The notes: generated by a model not told the origin, from the sequence alone. DNA of 63,112 nucleotides, filler included, from Rhabdomonas costata (GCA_019059605.1; 41 parts of 41 records of this genome joined end to end with filler, not necessarily neighbours in it), one strand, 5' to 3'; positions 23,885-37,352 are shown, numbered from the whole stretch's first letter. Numbers and translations are program-made.

Positions 23885-25250
23885 CTGGAAGCCTGCAACC
23901 GCACCACCCACAACACAACCTTGCTTAAAGAATGCAGAAAATCACACACACTCTCTCTCTCAGACAGACGCACACATAAAGACTGACTGTTTTCTGGGGT
24001 GTGGAGAAGAAGTATGCGCGAGTGGTTGATATCATGTGCATGTGCGACACGCACACGAACGCATGCACACACGCACAAGACAGGGTCTTTTCAGCGAGCG
24101 AGCGAGTGAGCGAGTGAGCGAGTGAGAGAGAAGGCCCCTGTCCCCCCACCCTCAAAAAAGCGAAGCCTCAGAGCAGCAAGGGAGCAGCGCGGGTAGCAGG
24201 CGAAAAAAGTGGCTTCGCAACAAAGGCCCGGCTCCGCGGGAAGCAAGTACCCTATGGCACCGTTCGCTTCGAAGCCACCTCTCGTCTGCACCCGTGTGGT
24301 GAAAAGCGCGTCGGCCGTCAATCCACACCGGTCAACAAAAATAGTCAGTAAGGTGGCCAGCGCGCATGTGCCCAAAACACATATAACACACACCTGCTTG
24401 CAATTTGACTCGGCAAGCGCCGTGAGCGAGAGAAATCTTCGCCGGGGAATGCAGACGGCTCTTGAACGTTTCCCACACCTGTACCTGTGGAAAAAAATGT
24501 CGGACCTCACTCCGTAAAAAGCACCCGTCATAGCGAAACGACCAGGTGGACGCCAGGTGTGCAGAAAAGGCGCCGAACGCCCCCCNNNNNNNNNNNNNNN
24601 NNNNNNNNNNNNNNNNNNNNNNNNNNNNNTTAATTAATTAANNNNNNNNNNNNNNNNNNNNNNNNNNNNNNNNNNNNNNNNNNNNCCTTGTGGGCCCTCC
24701 GTATTGCTTCCTCACTCCCTCTCTGGTCTCCCACTTCTCGCTGCCACTCGCCACTTCTTGAGGGCTCCTTTTCTGCCTGATCCACCCTGCCCTCACACCG
24801 GGATCTGTGGTTCTCTCCATCTCACGCTCCAACGTCCATTCTAACCATTCCTCCTCACCGTCCCTTCCCTGAGCCCGCTCGACCTCGAGCTCTTCTGTCC
24901 ATTCCGCCCATCTCTGAACATGCGTCCCAGCCCGGATGCTAGCCCCGATATCACCTTTGCGGGTCAGGCTGTGGCCGTCATTGCATGGGTGATTCTGGGG
25001 GCGTCGGTCTACTCGCTGTGGCTGTCTAACTCTGGCCCTACCCCCTTGATGGGACGCCGAGGGGGTAATCTCCGTTTTGTCATGAGTAAAGATTATTCCG
25101 GTTCTGGTGGCTCCGGAGGATGCGGGCTTGTCAGGCTCTGCACCCCCTTTATCTTCATTGTCCCCAGGGACCCGTCAGATCACTGCTTTTCTCCTGGAGC
25201 ACTATCTTCTCCACCTCCGTCACCACTCTCACTTTTTTGAGGGCTGTGCC

Positions 25251-25302
25251 CTCTCTCTCTCTCTCTCTCTCTCTTGACACACACACACACACACACACAC
25301 AC
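25251..25302. repeat. Compound (CT)n-(CA)n microsatellite at the start of an SNW1 intron
   Basis: Read directly from the sequence. Confidence 0.9.
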
Positions 25303-26127
25303 CGCTCCTCGCGGGCTTGCATGGCGAGCTTCCGCAGCTCCTCCTCCTTCTTCTGCTTCTGCTTGCTGGCCAGCTGCTTCGCCAGCCTCATTCGGCTCTC
25401 CACCTCCTCACGGGCACTCCTGTGCAGCAGGAAGCCAACACCAGACCACAAGTGGGGAGCCCGACGGGTCATTCCAGTCGTGTTGCATGACCCATATTTA
25501 CAACTTTCGCTTTCGAGGCAAAGTGATGACCCAAAGTTCGTATACTCAAAAACTATATATTCGAGAAGTGCAAACTTGTCCCTACTATTTTTCTGACTTA
25601 TTTGGATTCAGGGCTTTTTATGATCGGAAATCTTGGGCCATTGTACCTCAGATCCCTTCCACTGCCCCCCTTTGCATTCCCCACCTTCTGAATTTCTCCC
25701 GGTTTGAGACCTGTCTGTTTGGTGCTGAACCCCAGCCGCTGAAACTCATGCGCCGCAGTGGTGCAATCATTCCCAATAATTCCCAAAATTTAGATTGCGT
25801 GTGATCTCTGCCGCCATCTGTCACTATTTGAATCTTTTACTGCGTCGGAGCCACCTCGAGAATTGTACTCCTTGCCTTCCCTTTTAGCCCAGCAGGCCGG
25901 AAACGTCATCCGTCCCACGATTGGAAACAACTGTGCTGTTTTGCAGCGGCGCCATTTGAAGGCATCTGTGGCCAACTGAATTTCTTGGAGGGCGTTCGCC
26001 AGCCCCCACCCAAAGGAGCAATTATCGATTTTGAGGGGGGGATTTTGAGGGGGACCTTTCAGCGATGTAAAGAGCTTCCGAGAGCTTTGTGAAGCCGTCA
26101 TTGATGGTGGTTTCTTGCAGGCCACGA
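25303..26127 (-). CDS. SNW1: SNW1/SKIP (Prp45) splicing factor, partial; exons 26127-26056 and 25419-25303
   Basis: RGLQETTINDGFTKLSEALYIAE|RSAREEVESRMRLAKQLASKQKQKKEEELRKLAMQAREER. Confidence 0.9.
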
Positions 26128-26490
26128 NNNNNNNNNNNNNNNNNNNNNNNNNNNNNNNNNNNNNNNNNNNNTTAATTAATTAANNNNNNNNNNNNNNNNN
26201 NNNNNNNNNNNNNNNNNNNNNNNNNNNGTGTGGTGGGGAGCAATTGCGAGATTGCCTCAGTTTGGCAGTATGACCGCCTTGACCACTTTATCGTAGAAGC
26301 CCGTCTATTTTTGTGTATGATTATTAGATTGCCTATATACTTGATTATGCCGGCCGTGTGTTTTCCTTTTTCGAATGGTGCGCTGCAGGAATGGCTTCCT
26401 TCCGGTTTTGTGATCATTAGGTGTCTTATACATGGGCTATTGTTCATTGAGCAAATTATGAGTTGTTGGGGAACTGTTCCATGTGCGTAG

Positions 26491-27625
26491 GGCTCGTGGG
26501 GGGTGCTACAAGCACACCTTCTATGGCATAGAGAGCCACCGGTGCGTGCAGCTTACCCCATCGCTGGCCTGCGCCAACCGCTGCGTGTTTTGCTGGCGGC
26601 TCCAGGACAACCCCGTAACCAAAGGTGTCTCTTGTCTTGGGACCAGGGAGGGGGAGTGGATTGGGGATTACCGAAGCCGCAGTGCAAAGGAAATGTTAAA
26701 TTTCTTCTGTTTTTGTCCTTTGATGGATCTTAGGGGGTCGCGGTGTTTGCGATCTTACAGGTGGAAGCTCTCTTGGAATTTTGCAAGCAATTACTTTGGT
26801 TTGGTGCCTCGTGCTGAGTCACTAGCGGAGTAGGAGGTTGCCACAACAATCTGAGTCTGAAGGGAACGTGTGACCTCACGGCACAAAGCAATTCGCACAA
26901 GCTCTATTGAATGGAGCCAAGAATGGAGCGACCGCGGCTGAATTCTTCAAAATCTTCATTTCGGCTTGCCTGCCTGTTTATGATCGGGGAACTCCGGGCT
27001 GCATGCTGCTGTGACATTCCGGAAACTTGCGTGATTTCCACCCTCTGCTCTTTTTCTGACACAGAGTGGGCTGGATGGGAAGTGGACGACCCGGAATGGC
27101 TACTGGAGCACTGCCTTGCGGCTCACTGCCAGCACATCAAAGAGGTCAGGAGACGAACACTTCTCCAAGCACCCCCCCTCCTCCGCGTATTTCACTGGCG
27201 GTGTGTTCCTGCACAGAATAAGAAGGTCTGCTTATGCAGGGAGTAGTTTTCCCAACAAAAATGTGCTCTTGACCAATAGGGAAGGGCGTGTGGGCAGTCA
27301 GCAGTGTTCTGCGTTTTGTTTGCGCTGTACCACCTGAGGCTCCCAGTGGTCCCTGCCTTGGGGCCCGTCTCCCTGACAGTGTTCTTGCAGCGCCGTCCAA
27401 TTCACCAGCTTTCGTCCACTGAAACGCGCACTCACACAGCTTCGAGGTGCCTCCGGGGTGATTCCGGAGAGGCTCTTGGAGGGGTTGTTGCCGCGGCACC
27501 TCGCGCTGAGTCTGGTTGGGGAGCCGGTGCTGTACCCCCGCCTCAATGCGATGCTTAACGCCTCCCACCGCCGCGGGCTGTCCACCTTCCTGGTCACCAA
27601 CGGGCAGTTCCCAGACTTGCTGGGC
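26491..27625 (+). CDS. TYW1: tRNA wybutosine radical-SAM enzyme TYW1, partial; exons 26491-26624, 27065-27144, 27440 to about 27625
   Basis: [32 protein letters not shown] (CxxxCxxC) and [19 protein letters not shown]. Confidence 0.95.
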
Positions 27626-28740
27626 ATCTCCACCCACCCCCCGCACCAACCACCAAACACACCCACCACNNNNNNNNNNNNNNNNNNNNNNNNNNNNNNN
27701 NNNNNNNNNNNNNTTAATTAATTAANNNNNNNNNNNNNNNNNNNNNNNNNNNNNNNNNNNNNNNNNNNNTTTTTGTGGTAGGAGCAATTTCTTACGAATC
27801 CCTGAACCCTCCCCCCAATTCCAAATGGTGGCTAAAACACACGGTAAACAACGTCAATTGCCAGGACCTGCGCACCCGCGCCATGTCATGAGAAGTCTCC
27901 TTTGGCGCTTCACAAAAAAATCTCAGCAGACCGAAGGTGCAAAAGACACCGCAGTTTGCATGGTGGCAAGGGGGGCCAGTCGTGGAAGCAACCGTGCACA
28001 CGTTCCTTTATGGCTCTGGTACAAGCACCTGGTCTTCAGTGGTACGTTATGCCAAAAGGAGGGGGACTGATCTCTCGAATCTGCTTCTCGGATGAGAACA
28101 CCTCACCTCACTTAGTTTTGGCTTTTTTCAAAAGGACAAAAGAAAGTCCCCGACGTAGCCGTGCATTACGGCAGAGGCTTGTACCGGGGCCTGGCAGTGC
28201 TGACTTTTACGAGACGTGCAGACCAGTCTGTTCAGCTTCAGTCCATATCTGGTTTCCGGGTGCGTGGAAAAAGCTTTGCATCTGGGCTTGTCGCCCTCCC
28301 CCACGTATTTCTCTCGCCATTTCACTGGAAAAGATCAGCTTGCAAACAAATCTAAAGGCCTGTGCACTGCACATGAGCAGGCCAAATCATTCAGAAGGCA
28401 CACACGAGAAGGCACGCAGAAACCCAAGGAAAACAAGCCCCAACTCGCGCCACCAATATCTACAAATAAGAGAACACAAAGAAACGGGTGGATGAGGCCA
28501 CACAAAAACACCACAAAAATCACAGAACCTCGAAGCATTGCCAAACGCCGTGCATTCAGCAAAACAGTGCGTCTTTCGGAAACACAAAAGGGAGGGAGCC
28601 CACCCCAGGCAGGCTTGCACTCACCGCGCGCGGCACACACACACACACAAAGGCTCAAGAAGGTGCGCATGGCTTTTTCAGAGGAGTGGGTCAGCCCCTG
28701 AAGCCAATAGGGGTAAGTGCGTGTATCTTGTAGGTGTCCT

Positions 28741-28889
28741 TCAAGAGGAGAGCTTCCCCACAGCGCCGGTGCCACGGCGGGGGGCAACTCCGCGGGCACG
28801 TGCGGCGAACTGCAGGGTGCTGCTGCTCTCCGCGGCGCAGCTCGCAGTGGGCAGGACGTGCGCCACCACCACACTGCTGGAGTCCGGGC
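28741..28889 (-). CDS. Kinesin motor C-terminal exon ending at a stop (C-terminal motor, kinesin-14-like)
   Basis: GPDSSSVVVAHVLP..AESSSTLQFAARARGV..* matches the kinesin ETxSTLxFAxRA motif. Confidence 0.7.
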
Positions 28890-30089
28890 CTTTTTTTAGA
28901 AGGAATGGGATTGGTGGGCCCCATAACCACACACCCGGTTCCAGCCCATTGCGTCCATGGAACGCAGGATACCACGGAAGCAGCCGCAACAGAAAGGAAG
29001 GATATTTTCAGGCGCTCAAGGTGCCGCCGGAACCCAGAGGCCCGCCTTATGCTTTTCCGGGACATCCAAAGACACGTAAAACGTGACACAAAAACACTGC
29101 CTCATAGCGCAGACGACTCCAGCAAGACACCATGCGTTTCTCATATGATTTTCACGATACATACCGTTAACCCCACCCACCTACCCACCCACAGCGGCGC
29201 TCAAGACAAAANNNNNNNNNNNNNNNNNNNNNNNNNNNNNNNNNNNNNNNNNNNNTTAATTAATTAANNNNNNNNNNNNNNNNNNNNNNNNNNNNNNNNN
29301 NNNNNNNNNNNTTTTTTGGGCAGCAAGGTTTCTTTGCATACCATGGTCCGGCAATTCCACTGGGCCTAACACTCCGGCAAATCCCATCTATTCTTCGATT
29401 TGAGCACGAGAATATGACAAACAGCGACCAATGGGATGGGTTCCCCATCATTCAGGGCAGCAAAGTGAAGCCAGTACATGCTTTGATTCTGATAGGAATT
29501 GTCCGGGAATGCCCCGGGGCTGGAAGACACTCGGCCGAAACGTTTTTCGAGGGCAGGTATATATAGAACGGGTGGAAACGGAAGACGGGTCGGCACCATA
29601 ACGGCCTTCCCATGGACGGGTGCTTCCACCGAGGTTTGCAGCGGAAATGGTTGGAACGTGGATTACAAACAGGAGCCATACGGGAAAAAGAAGGAAACCA
29701 AAGGGCATTGGGCGGGCGGTGCAGGGACGGCGCCGCGGCGGAAAACACGATATCAAAACGACGGCGTTTTTTGGGAAAAGAATTATGATACACAAAAACA
29801 AAAGCCGCCACGGCGAGGGCAATTTTAAATTGTTTTTTGGGGCCAAAAACCAGAAGGCAGAATAAACGAATGAGATAATATTCTTGCCGAAATGGGCGAG
29901 AAAGGATGGTGTCATGTCCGAGAAGGAAAAGCCTGCCAAATGCAACGGTGGAATGGTGACGGAGTTCGTGGGGGGCCGTATTCTAGGGGGTGGAGCGTGC
30001 TCTACGTTGGGGTCCCGTCGTAGCCAAGCCACTGTGGCGGTGTCATGGCTGGCGGAGAAATGCGCTCTTTTTTATTTGCTTGCGTTTTG

Positions 30090-30753
30090 CAGGATCCAAA
30101 AGAAAAGCGCTTTACACGTGCCGGAGCGCTTCACCAAGGCCATGAACTCCATCTGCAGCATCGGGAACCTCCCGCTGAACTTCGCGCGATGGCCATGATT
30201 CATCCATGCGCCGCAGTCATGTACAGTGTGGAGGTGACGGACTGAACCATTGCCAAGGTGAAACGCTTGGAGTGGGCCTCCTCTCGGCCATCTGGGTGTA
30301 GACCCGGCCAAACCGGTGCGTGGAGGTCTTCTTTGCGGTGCTGCTCCCAGGTCACCGGGCTGATCCCGTGCAGTCCCTGCCCTTCACCCTCCTGTGCACG
30401 CTGGCCCGCACGGTCCAGTGGCACACCGACATCCGGCCTGCTGTTCAGCGCGCCATCTGCCTCCTTCAACACCGTGGCTGTCAACCTCCTGCTGGTCGCG
30501 GTCCCATCAGCTTGGCCCTGGACGCCCTCCGCTCCCTGCAGTGGCGGCGGAAGGCACCCTGAACCACCACATCCGGCGAGTGCGGCGTCAACATGCTCAC
30601 CGTGGAACTGACTCACTGGGCCCACCTGGTCCGTGGCGCCATTCGTCGCTCTCGGCTGCAGCCTTCCGCCATCCGCCGCGCAGACCTTGAAGGGTGCGAC
30701 TCCACCCTGGACCTAGCCGCCACCAATGGGGCCTGGTCTTCATACCACAACCC
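30090..30753 (+). mobile_element. Degenerate non-LTR retrotransposon ORF2, region downstream of RT
   Basis: Interrupted frames AVMYSVEV..AIWV*TRPNRCVEVFFAVLLPGHRADPVQ..GPISL..RRADLEG..DLAAT, with stops and frameshifts. Confidence 0.5.
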
Positions 30754-30860
30754 NNNNNNNNNNNNNNNNNNNNNNNNNNNNNNNNNNNNNNNNNNNNTTA
30801 ATTAATTAANNNNNNNNNNNNNNNNNNNNNNNNNNNNNNNNNNNNNNNNNNNNGGTTTTT

Positions 30861-31000
30861 TGTATTGCTTGTTTTCTTCAAGATTAATTTTGTTAATCTT
30901 TGAGAGATTCCATAATGAATATGATTAAAAAATTATCCAAATATTCAATGAAATCTCTCAAAGATTAACAAAATTAATCTTGAAGAAAACAAGCAATACA
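30861..31000. repeat. Contig-start perfect 49-bp inverted repeat (30861-30909 / 30952-31000)
   Basis: Direct reverse-complement comparison. Confidence 0.92.
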
Positions 31001-32537
31001 GAAAAGTCAGTAATACCGTGACTCATTCGTATCTTACGGAAATGGGTAACCTGCTAGTGACCAGTAAGGTTTACATCCCTTACAACAGCATGTACTCTGG
31101 AGTCTGTATGTATTTTTGTTGCCCTTTTTCGAGAAAATTTTGAATTTTCGCGTTTTCTTCAGAAGCTTTGTTTTCTCCCCGCGAAAGAGCAGCATGGAAA
31201 ACACGTCGACGGGTGGAGGGCATTGAACTTCAGCACTCTACGCGCGCTAGAGTGTGTGAGTATCTGGAGAGCCAGATTGAGAGGAGTGGGTGAGCGCACA
31301 CTCTTCCCGCGGCTGAGAGCAGCGCTGTGGTGGGATGGTGGAAGTGCCCGAGCACCAAGGGTCGAAAACGTCAGTTAAATCTCTTGAAAGCATCACGGCA
31401 TCTAGCTCGTTCTAACCAACGGCTCTTTTTGAACCGGTAATTGCAAGCGAGCTATATTTGGAACACCCTCTAAAAGCCCCTTTTCAATGAACAAGTTGTA
31501 ACAGCTGTGAAGGCTCATTAGGCACCTTGACAACAAAAATTTGTGAAATCCTCTCAAATCCCTACAAAAACTCATCCTCCCAAAGCAAGTTTGTTTTCTT
31601 TTCTGCCACCCTCGTCTGCTTTGATTACAAAACTCTCGCAGCCGAACACCCGAAGCAAGCAGATCCAGGGCAGAGACTTCAGCTGAAAAAGTCACATGGG
31701 TCAAATAATAGCATTTTTACAACAGGATTTTTCTCTTAGTTTGGCAAGAGCTGTTGAAGATTCAGTACTCCAAGATTTGCAATCGGGCTGGGGTGGTGAC
31801 GACTGGTAGCTGGGGCCCTGAATCACGGATTTTCTCCGGCGGCTCTTTCGCGCCTACCGGTTACCCGAACCTAGGACTTCCTCAAGTGCGTGCTCCGTGT
31901 TTGATACACGATTGCCTTCCCTGGAGGAGCTCCTTTCCGTGCCGTCCGTGACGTCAAATCCTCGTAAATCCTAAATCCAATCCTCCTATTTCCTAATTCT
32001 GGACCAAATCCTGGCCTCCGTAGTCCGCCAGGTAGCGAGGTAGCGGCTGTGGTCGCCGAGGGCCCTTGCTCAAAAGGGCCTCCAAACTTGCGCCTGTGGA
32101 CGCCGACACACTCGCACCAGCTCTTCACCGCCAGGGCTAAAAACAAACTTGCAAATTGATGCAAAGTTGTCCGCTCCGCTGCGCTGCGCGGCCCAAACAT
32201 GCTGGAAAACTCTCCTTGTAAGCAGGACTAGGAAAAATGGAAATTGGCGAAGCCAAATACAAATGCGATGCAAAAAAAAAATGAGCAAAAAAAAANNNNN
32301 NNNNNNNNNNNNNNNNNNNNNNNNNNNNNNNNNNNNNNNTTAATTAATTAANNNNNNNNNNNNNNNNNNNNNNNNNNNNNNNNNNNNNNNNNNNNTTTGT
32401 TGGTGACCTAGCAGGTCACGTGCAACTCATTGGCTTCATCGCGTACCTTGCCCTGACATTTGAATTCGAAGAGAGATGCGAATGGATGAGAAAGGGGATG
32501 GAAGGGAAGGGGAAGGGAAGGGGCGCGTTCTGTGAAG

Positions 32538-33744
32538 GTACCCGACGACGCAGCGGCAGCGCGTGGTATCCTTGGCAGAGCGCGGGCAGATCCAGTACGT
32601 CTACCTTGCCGCCCGCTGCCTCCACGAGAGCGGAGAGTGGCAGGCATGTCCCACATAGAGACCATGTGCTGGAAAGTGAAAGCCACACACACACACACGG
32701 CCTTGGAGGCTTTCGCTTCCCCTTAACAAAGAGATTTCCAGCATAGCAATTCGATGTTACCCCCGCACCCCTACTCTAAAAGGGGTGGGAGGGAAGGAGG
32801 GAGAATTAGAGTGGAACTTTTTCGGTCTTCTCGCTCATGGTACTTAGCCACGAGCCAACCTGAGAAGGGGCTTCGTGGTTTCTTGAATAACGCGATCAGC
32901 CTGGTGGCACAGAACAGGTGGTGATTTCCGCAGACGCGTAGGCTGCTCATTTTTTAGGTTGTCCATGGTCTCTGTGAGATTTGCATAAGCACTTTCAACT
33001 GAAAACGGGGTAGCAAGCAGGCCTGCTTGGAGATGCTTATACAGGCTCTCATGCTAGACCCAAATTACCTCTTGCATGGCAGCTAAAAAAGCAGAAGCAA
33101 AGCCTCCTTATCCGCTTCGGTATCATTATTTCCTTGTTATAAAGGTGAGCTCTCGTGCTTCTTTCTTCAAAAGGAGTGCCTTGACCTGCTGGGGGATGGC
33201 GATGGGCTGGGCACAGTGCCTCCGCCCGGGCCGCACTCCTCCGAGGAAATCACGTCGTACTGCTTCAACGACGAGGGCGCAGGTGTGTGGGAGTGGGTAG
33301 GGGGCGTAAATTTGGGGTCACGGAGATGCACACTGTGTAGGTCGGGGTAATTTCAACCTTTGGCCCGGGAAGCCTGTTGAACGAAAAACGTATCATAATG
33401 GCAATCGCTCGTGTCTGAAGAGCCAGCGTTCCGTGAAAACACCACGTTCGAAACGAGAATCACGTCCACATCCACTTCTCCAGAACAATATCAGTGACTG
33501 CGAGATGGAACTCTCACCGACTGCAGGTAACACCCGCACTACCGCACTGCTGGTGGGAGGGTTGTGCTTCGGATGGTGTTTTGGCTTTGCAGGCGGATAC
33601 CGCGCGGCGGTGTACTTTCTTCGAGGGCAGTGCTTTGAGATGCTGGAGAGCCCTGCGGCGGCGATCTTCTGCTACCGCCGCTGCCTGCAGCTCGACCCCT
33701 GTCACAGTGAGGCCTTTGACTGCCTCATCGAGGGCCACCTGCTG
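32538..33744 (+). CDS. CDC16: APC/C subunit CDC16/APC6 (TPR), partial; exons 32538-32643, 33174-33282, 33593-33744
   Basis: YVYLAARCLHESGEWQ|ECLDLLG..|..AAVYFLRGQCFEMLES..AIFCYRRCLQLDPCHSEAFDCLIEGHLL. The first intron is GC-AG. Confidence 0.85.
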
Positions 33745-34150
33745 GTCTCCAGCCCTTGTCCTTCACGTCTTCGTGTCAGTTCTTGTTGAACTCTGTTTCT
33801 CTGTTTCCATCTTACTTAAAGGCCTACCCACACAAACNNNNNNNNNNNNNNNNNNNNNNNNNNNNNNNNNNNNNNNNNNNNTTAATTAATTAANNNNNNN
33901 NNNNNNNNNNNNNNNNNNNNNNNNNNNNNNNNNNNNNGGTTTGTGTTGAGCGGAGGTATCTCCTAGCGCTTGACTTCCCTTTTACGGAGGAAAGATGTGG
34001 GATCTGCATATGGAATGGTGGTTTATGTGTTCATGTAAATCGTCATTCTGAGTCTCTCATCGATATCGATCCTGCGGCTCCCGCCCCTGCGGCCATTGTC
34101 ACCCCGTAACTCCGTAAATGAGAAAGGGGATGCTTGGATCACAGAGCTTT

Positions 34151-34295
34151 GGCTGAAATTCACCCCCCCCCCCGAGAACTACCCGGTTCAGGGGGGCTGG
34201 CTGTGGCCACACCGCGTCTGGCCTCCGCGTTCCAACTAATTCCATCCCAGGGGTAAGATAGAACCCAACGGGGTGGGGAGGGTTGAGTTTCAGCC
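34151..34295. mobile_element. Short MITE-like element with imperfect TIRs (GGCTGAAATTCA-C-run / G-rich-TTGAGTTTCAGCC)
   Basis: Inverted ends about 145 bp apart in non-coding DNA. Confidence 0.35.
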
Positions 34296-34671
34296 TCACA
34301 CCGAATCACACGCAATTCAAAATCTTTACCCTTTACTGCGTCATCTCCGAACTCGCCCCTGCATTCTGCATCCGGAGGCTTGGAGTCTATAGACAGTAGG
34401 ATGCGCATTTTGCATGTGAAAGCGCGAACCCTCTCTGTGTGGGAGCCTGCTGGCTTCTTGGTTGGGTTGAAATCCGTGCGGAGCCGAACGCCGTGTTTCA
34501 CGGGTTCTTGGGCGCGGGTTTATGCATTTTCAAGCGGCATCCTGTACATTGCATCAGACTGCTCCCTCGCACACATATGCATGCATTTTCTGAGCATAGC
34601 GCACCGTTCCGTCTTTCCCCCTCTCCGGCTGATTGGCTAACCTCAGAAAAGTCTTCTGTGTGTTTTCTCAG

Positions 34672-34888
34672 GCGACGCTATCGTGATGAGCTTCACGAGT
34701 GCATGTCCCGTACTCGGGTGTTGCGTGCCGAGCTAGCGGAGGTTCTCCCTTTGCTGGCGCGGACCTCTCCGGTGGACCCCAACTACCTCCTCCACAAGCG
34801 CCGGAAGACCCAAGCCGAGGCCGAGCTGGCTGACCTCAGGGCCCGCGAGCCCGTGCTGCTCTTCACGGTGGTCTCTGTCCCTCCTGAG
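34672..34888 (+). CDS. Internal exon of a hypothetical coiled-coil protein
   Basis: AG/GT-bounded, GC3-rich open exon RRYRDELHECMSR..VVSVPPE. Confidence 0.55.
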
Positions 34889-35255
34889 GTGTGCGCAAGC
34901 ATGGAGGGTGCTCGGGATCGGGTATGACTCGGTTTCACACTTGTGCATGAATGTCTGTATTTTCTTTTTGACCGCGGGGGTTTGAGCGTGTTCCGTTCAG
35001 CGCTGCTTTCTTGGCTTTTCTATGCTGTCCTTTTGATCGTTTACAACTCGAGTGTTGGTCGGTCCCCGCCCACCCAAAGGATTTGATGGCGCATGCACAA
35101 AAAATCCGTATCTGGATGTAATGATACTGAATAAGGTGATGTGAGCATTACGGGTTTTAGTTTCACGTTCCACAGAGTTGCAAGACCTGGCTGGGTAGGG
35201 GGGAATTTTTGCGCTGCGCATTATCGGAGAGTGTTGATTGCTTAACGCTGCAGTC

Positions 35256-35371
35256 GGATGTTCGAAGCGGACACTAACCATCGTCGTGGGAAAGGAATCA
35301 GGTTGCATTGTGTTGAGCGTCATCCTGTATTCTATTCCCACGACGATGGTTAGTGTCCGCTTCGAACATCC
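35256..35371. repeat. Contig-end perfect 37-bp inverted repeat (35256-35292 / 35335-35371)
   Basis: Direct reverse-complement comparison. Confidence 0.92.
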
Positions 35372-35711
35372 AACCCACANNNNNNNNNNNNNNNNNNNNN
35401 NNNNNNNNNNNNNNNNNNNNNNNTTAATTAATTAANNNNNNNNNNNNNNNNNNNNNNNNNNNNNNNNNNNNNNNNNNNNTGTGGGGTGTGTTTGGTTGGG
35501 GGTGGATCCGGGGTATCATGGCCTATGGCCTGTGGATGGCATCCTCCCTTTTTCTATTGTCTCACTCAGGTGCACACGCGAAACAACAAACCAAACCAAA
35601 CCAGACCAAACCCAAGTAATGTATGAGCAAGACGGCTTCTGTCCCCCGGATCCACACACACAAGCTACACATCCCATTCCCCCGTGCAGCGCGAGGTAAC
35701 CCCAAGCACAC

Positions 35712-36482
35712 CGCTTCGCTGATCTCAGGAAGCCCGCGTTGCGAACCACGCGGGGGGTGATGGCGGCGCCCCGTGGGGTGCACGCCGTCCCCAGGTTGCT
35801 CATCCACGGCAGGGACCCAGAGGCACTAGAGCCCATGGAGGACACTGAGGGGCGGCGGAGATCCAAGGGGGGTGAAGGCCGGCCCATGGTCATGCTGCCC
35901 ATGGGCAGTATCACCTGCAAGGCAGATTATGCCATTGGGACACAGAAAGAGACACAGAGAGAAGGATGGAAGAAGTGATAAACAGTGAACGTAACAGAAC
36001 GTAACGGAAACATTTTGCCTGCGCGCTCATTGTTGTGCGAAGCAATAAGATGGAATCAGCGAGTGTGTTACTCACTGTTGCGTAAAGAGCACGGGGGGGG
36101 GTGTTCTGCGTCGAACCTAAGAAGCTGTACTTTGCTTTCAGTTTCGTTCCTGTGAGTTGGTAATCCCCATTGCATTCTCGGTGCAATACCGAATTGTAGA
36201 AAAGGCTGGCTACGTGCGTAACCACACACACAATAACTCCATTGTGCTTGCGGAAAGGTTTTCTTTGCAAGCCAGGAGCATGGAAGCACGGGCACGCACC
36301 TTCAGAGGGAGCTCCTCTCCTGCAACGGGTGAGCTGGTGCCGAGAGCAGGAGCCACGGGCGGTGGGGTCATGGACGCGGCGCGGGCCCCCAGCCCCAACG
36401 GCTCCTCAGCGGGCAGAGGGGCGCAGAAATGGGAGTCGTGCTGCATCCGGTGCAGCAGCAGCGGTGCAAGATCTCTGGCCAC
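35712..36482 (-). CDS. Hypothetical low-complexity protein, exons 36482-36300 and 35914-35712
   Basis: Phase-0 GT-AG join ..GEELPLK|VILPMGSM..; GC-rich codons. Confidence 0.55.
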
Positions 36483-37352
36483 CTGTGTGTGGGTCAAGCA
36501 GCCCCTACACACACGCACGGAGCCCATCTCCAAGGTGCCACAGCGTAGGGTATTAATTCCACCGTAACAGGCTCGGATTTAGTTCGGATAAGACACAATC
36601 GAGGTTGAGCACGGGAGGCATTCTTATATCGAGCCTGATCACGAAGAGCAGAACCACAAAATGCACCCTTCAGCGCCGCAGTCAGCCCCAAAAGAAAAAT
36701 CACACTCAGCAAAAACAAATGATGGCCAACGATTCAGCATGCACGTCAATTCTTGTGTCTATTCAGAAGCAATCGTACAACGGATTTCACAGATGTGCAA
36801 AGGCCAATGACTCGGCGAAAACATCACCCACTGATGTCACGGACTGCTGCTAACATGTCGCATGAATCTGAAATGTGCCGTTTTCTCTCGGAAGCGGCAC
36901 ACAGTTGCCCCCAAAAACCNNNNNNNNNNNNNNNNNNNNNNNNNNNNNNNNNNNNNNNNNNNNTTAATTAATTAANNNNNNNNNNNNNNNNNNNNNNNNN
37001 NNNNNNNNNNNNNNNNNNNTGTTTTTGGTCAGGGTGTGTAGTGTAGTGTGGGTACTCAGCTTGGCATCTCATGTTTGGTCAGGGTACGGGTGGTTCTGGG
37101 CTTACGTGGTCATATTGGCATTCGAGGGTCATGGTCAGGTATGGGTAGGTAGTGGTAGGGTTGCATGAGAGTATTCGTGCGTAAGGTGGGTGTTGATGGT
37201 GGATTGGTAATCTGTGGTTTTGGTTCGGAGGGTGAGTTTGGGTCTTGGGTGTCAGGGTTGGTCTTTGGGGTTCAAGGTGTGGGTATTATGGTATTTGTGT
37301 GTGTTGGCATCGGCTGCCTCCGTTTCGCGCCTCTGTCTGGTGGTTGGTATTC

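Noticed and set aside
27620-27669. Possible further GC donor (G|GCATCT) at the end of the TYW1 exon
   Set aside because: It is too close to the C/A-rich contig end and has no downstream exon to fix the phase.
33410-33455. CTGAAGA...GAAA hammerhead-like spacing (a similar case lies on the minus strand near 31110-31145)
   Set aside because: Stems I and II cannot form.
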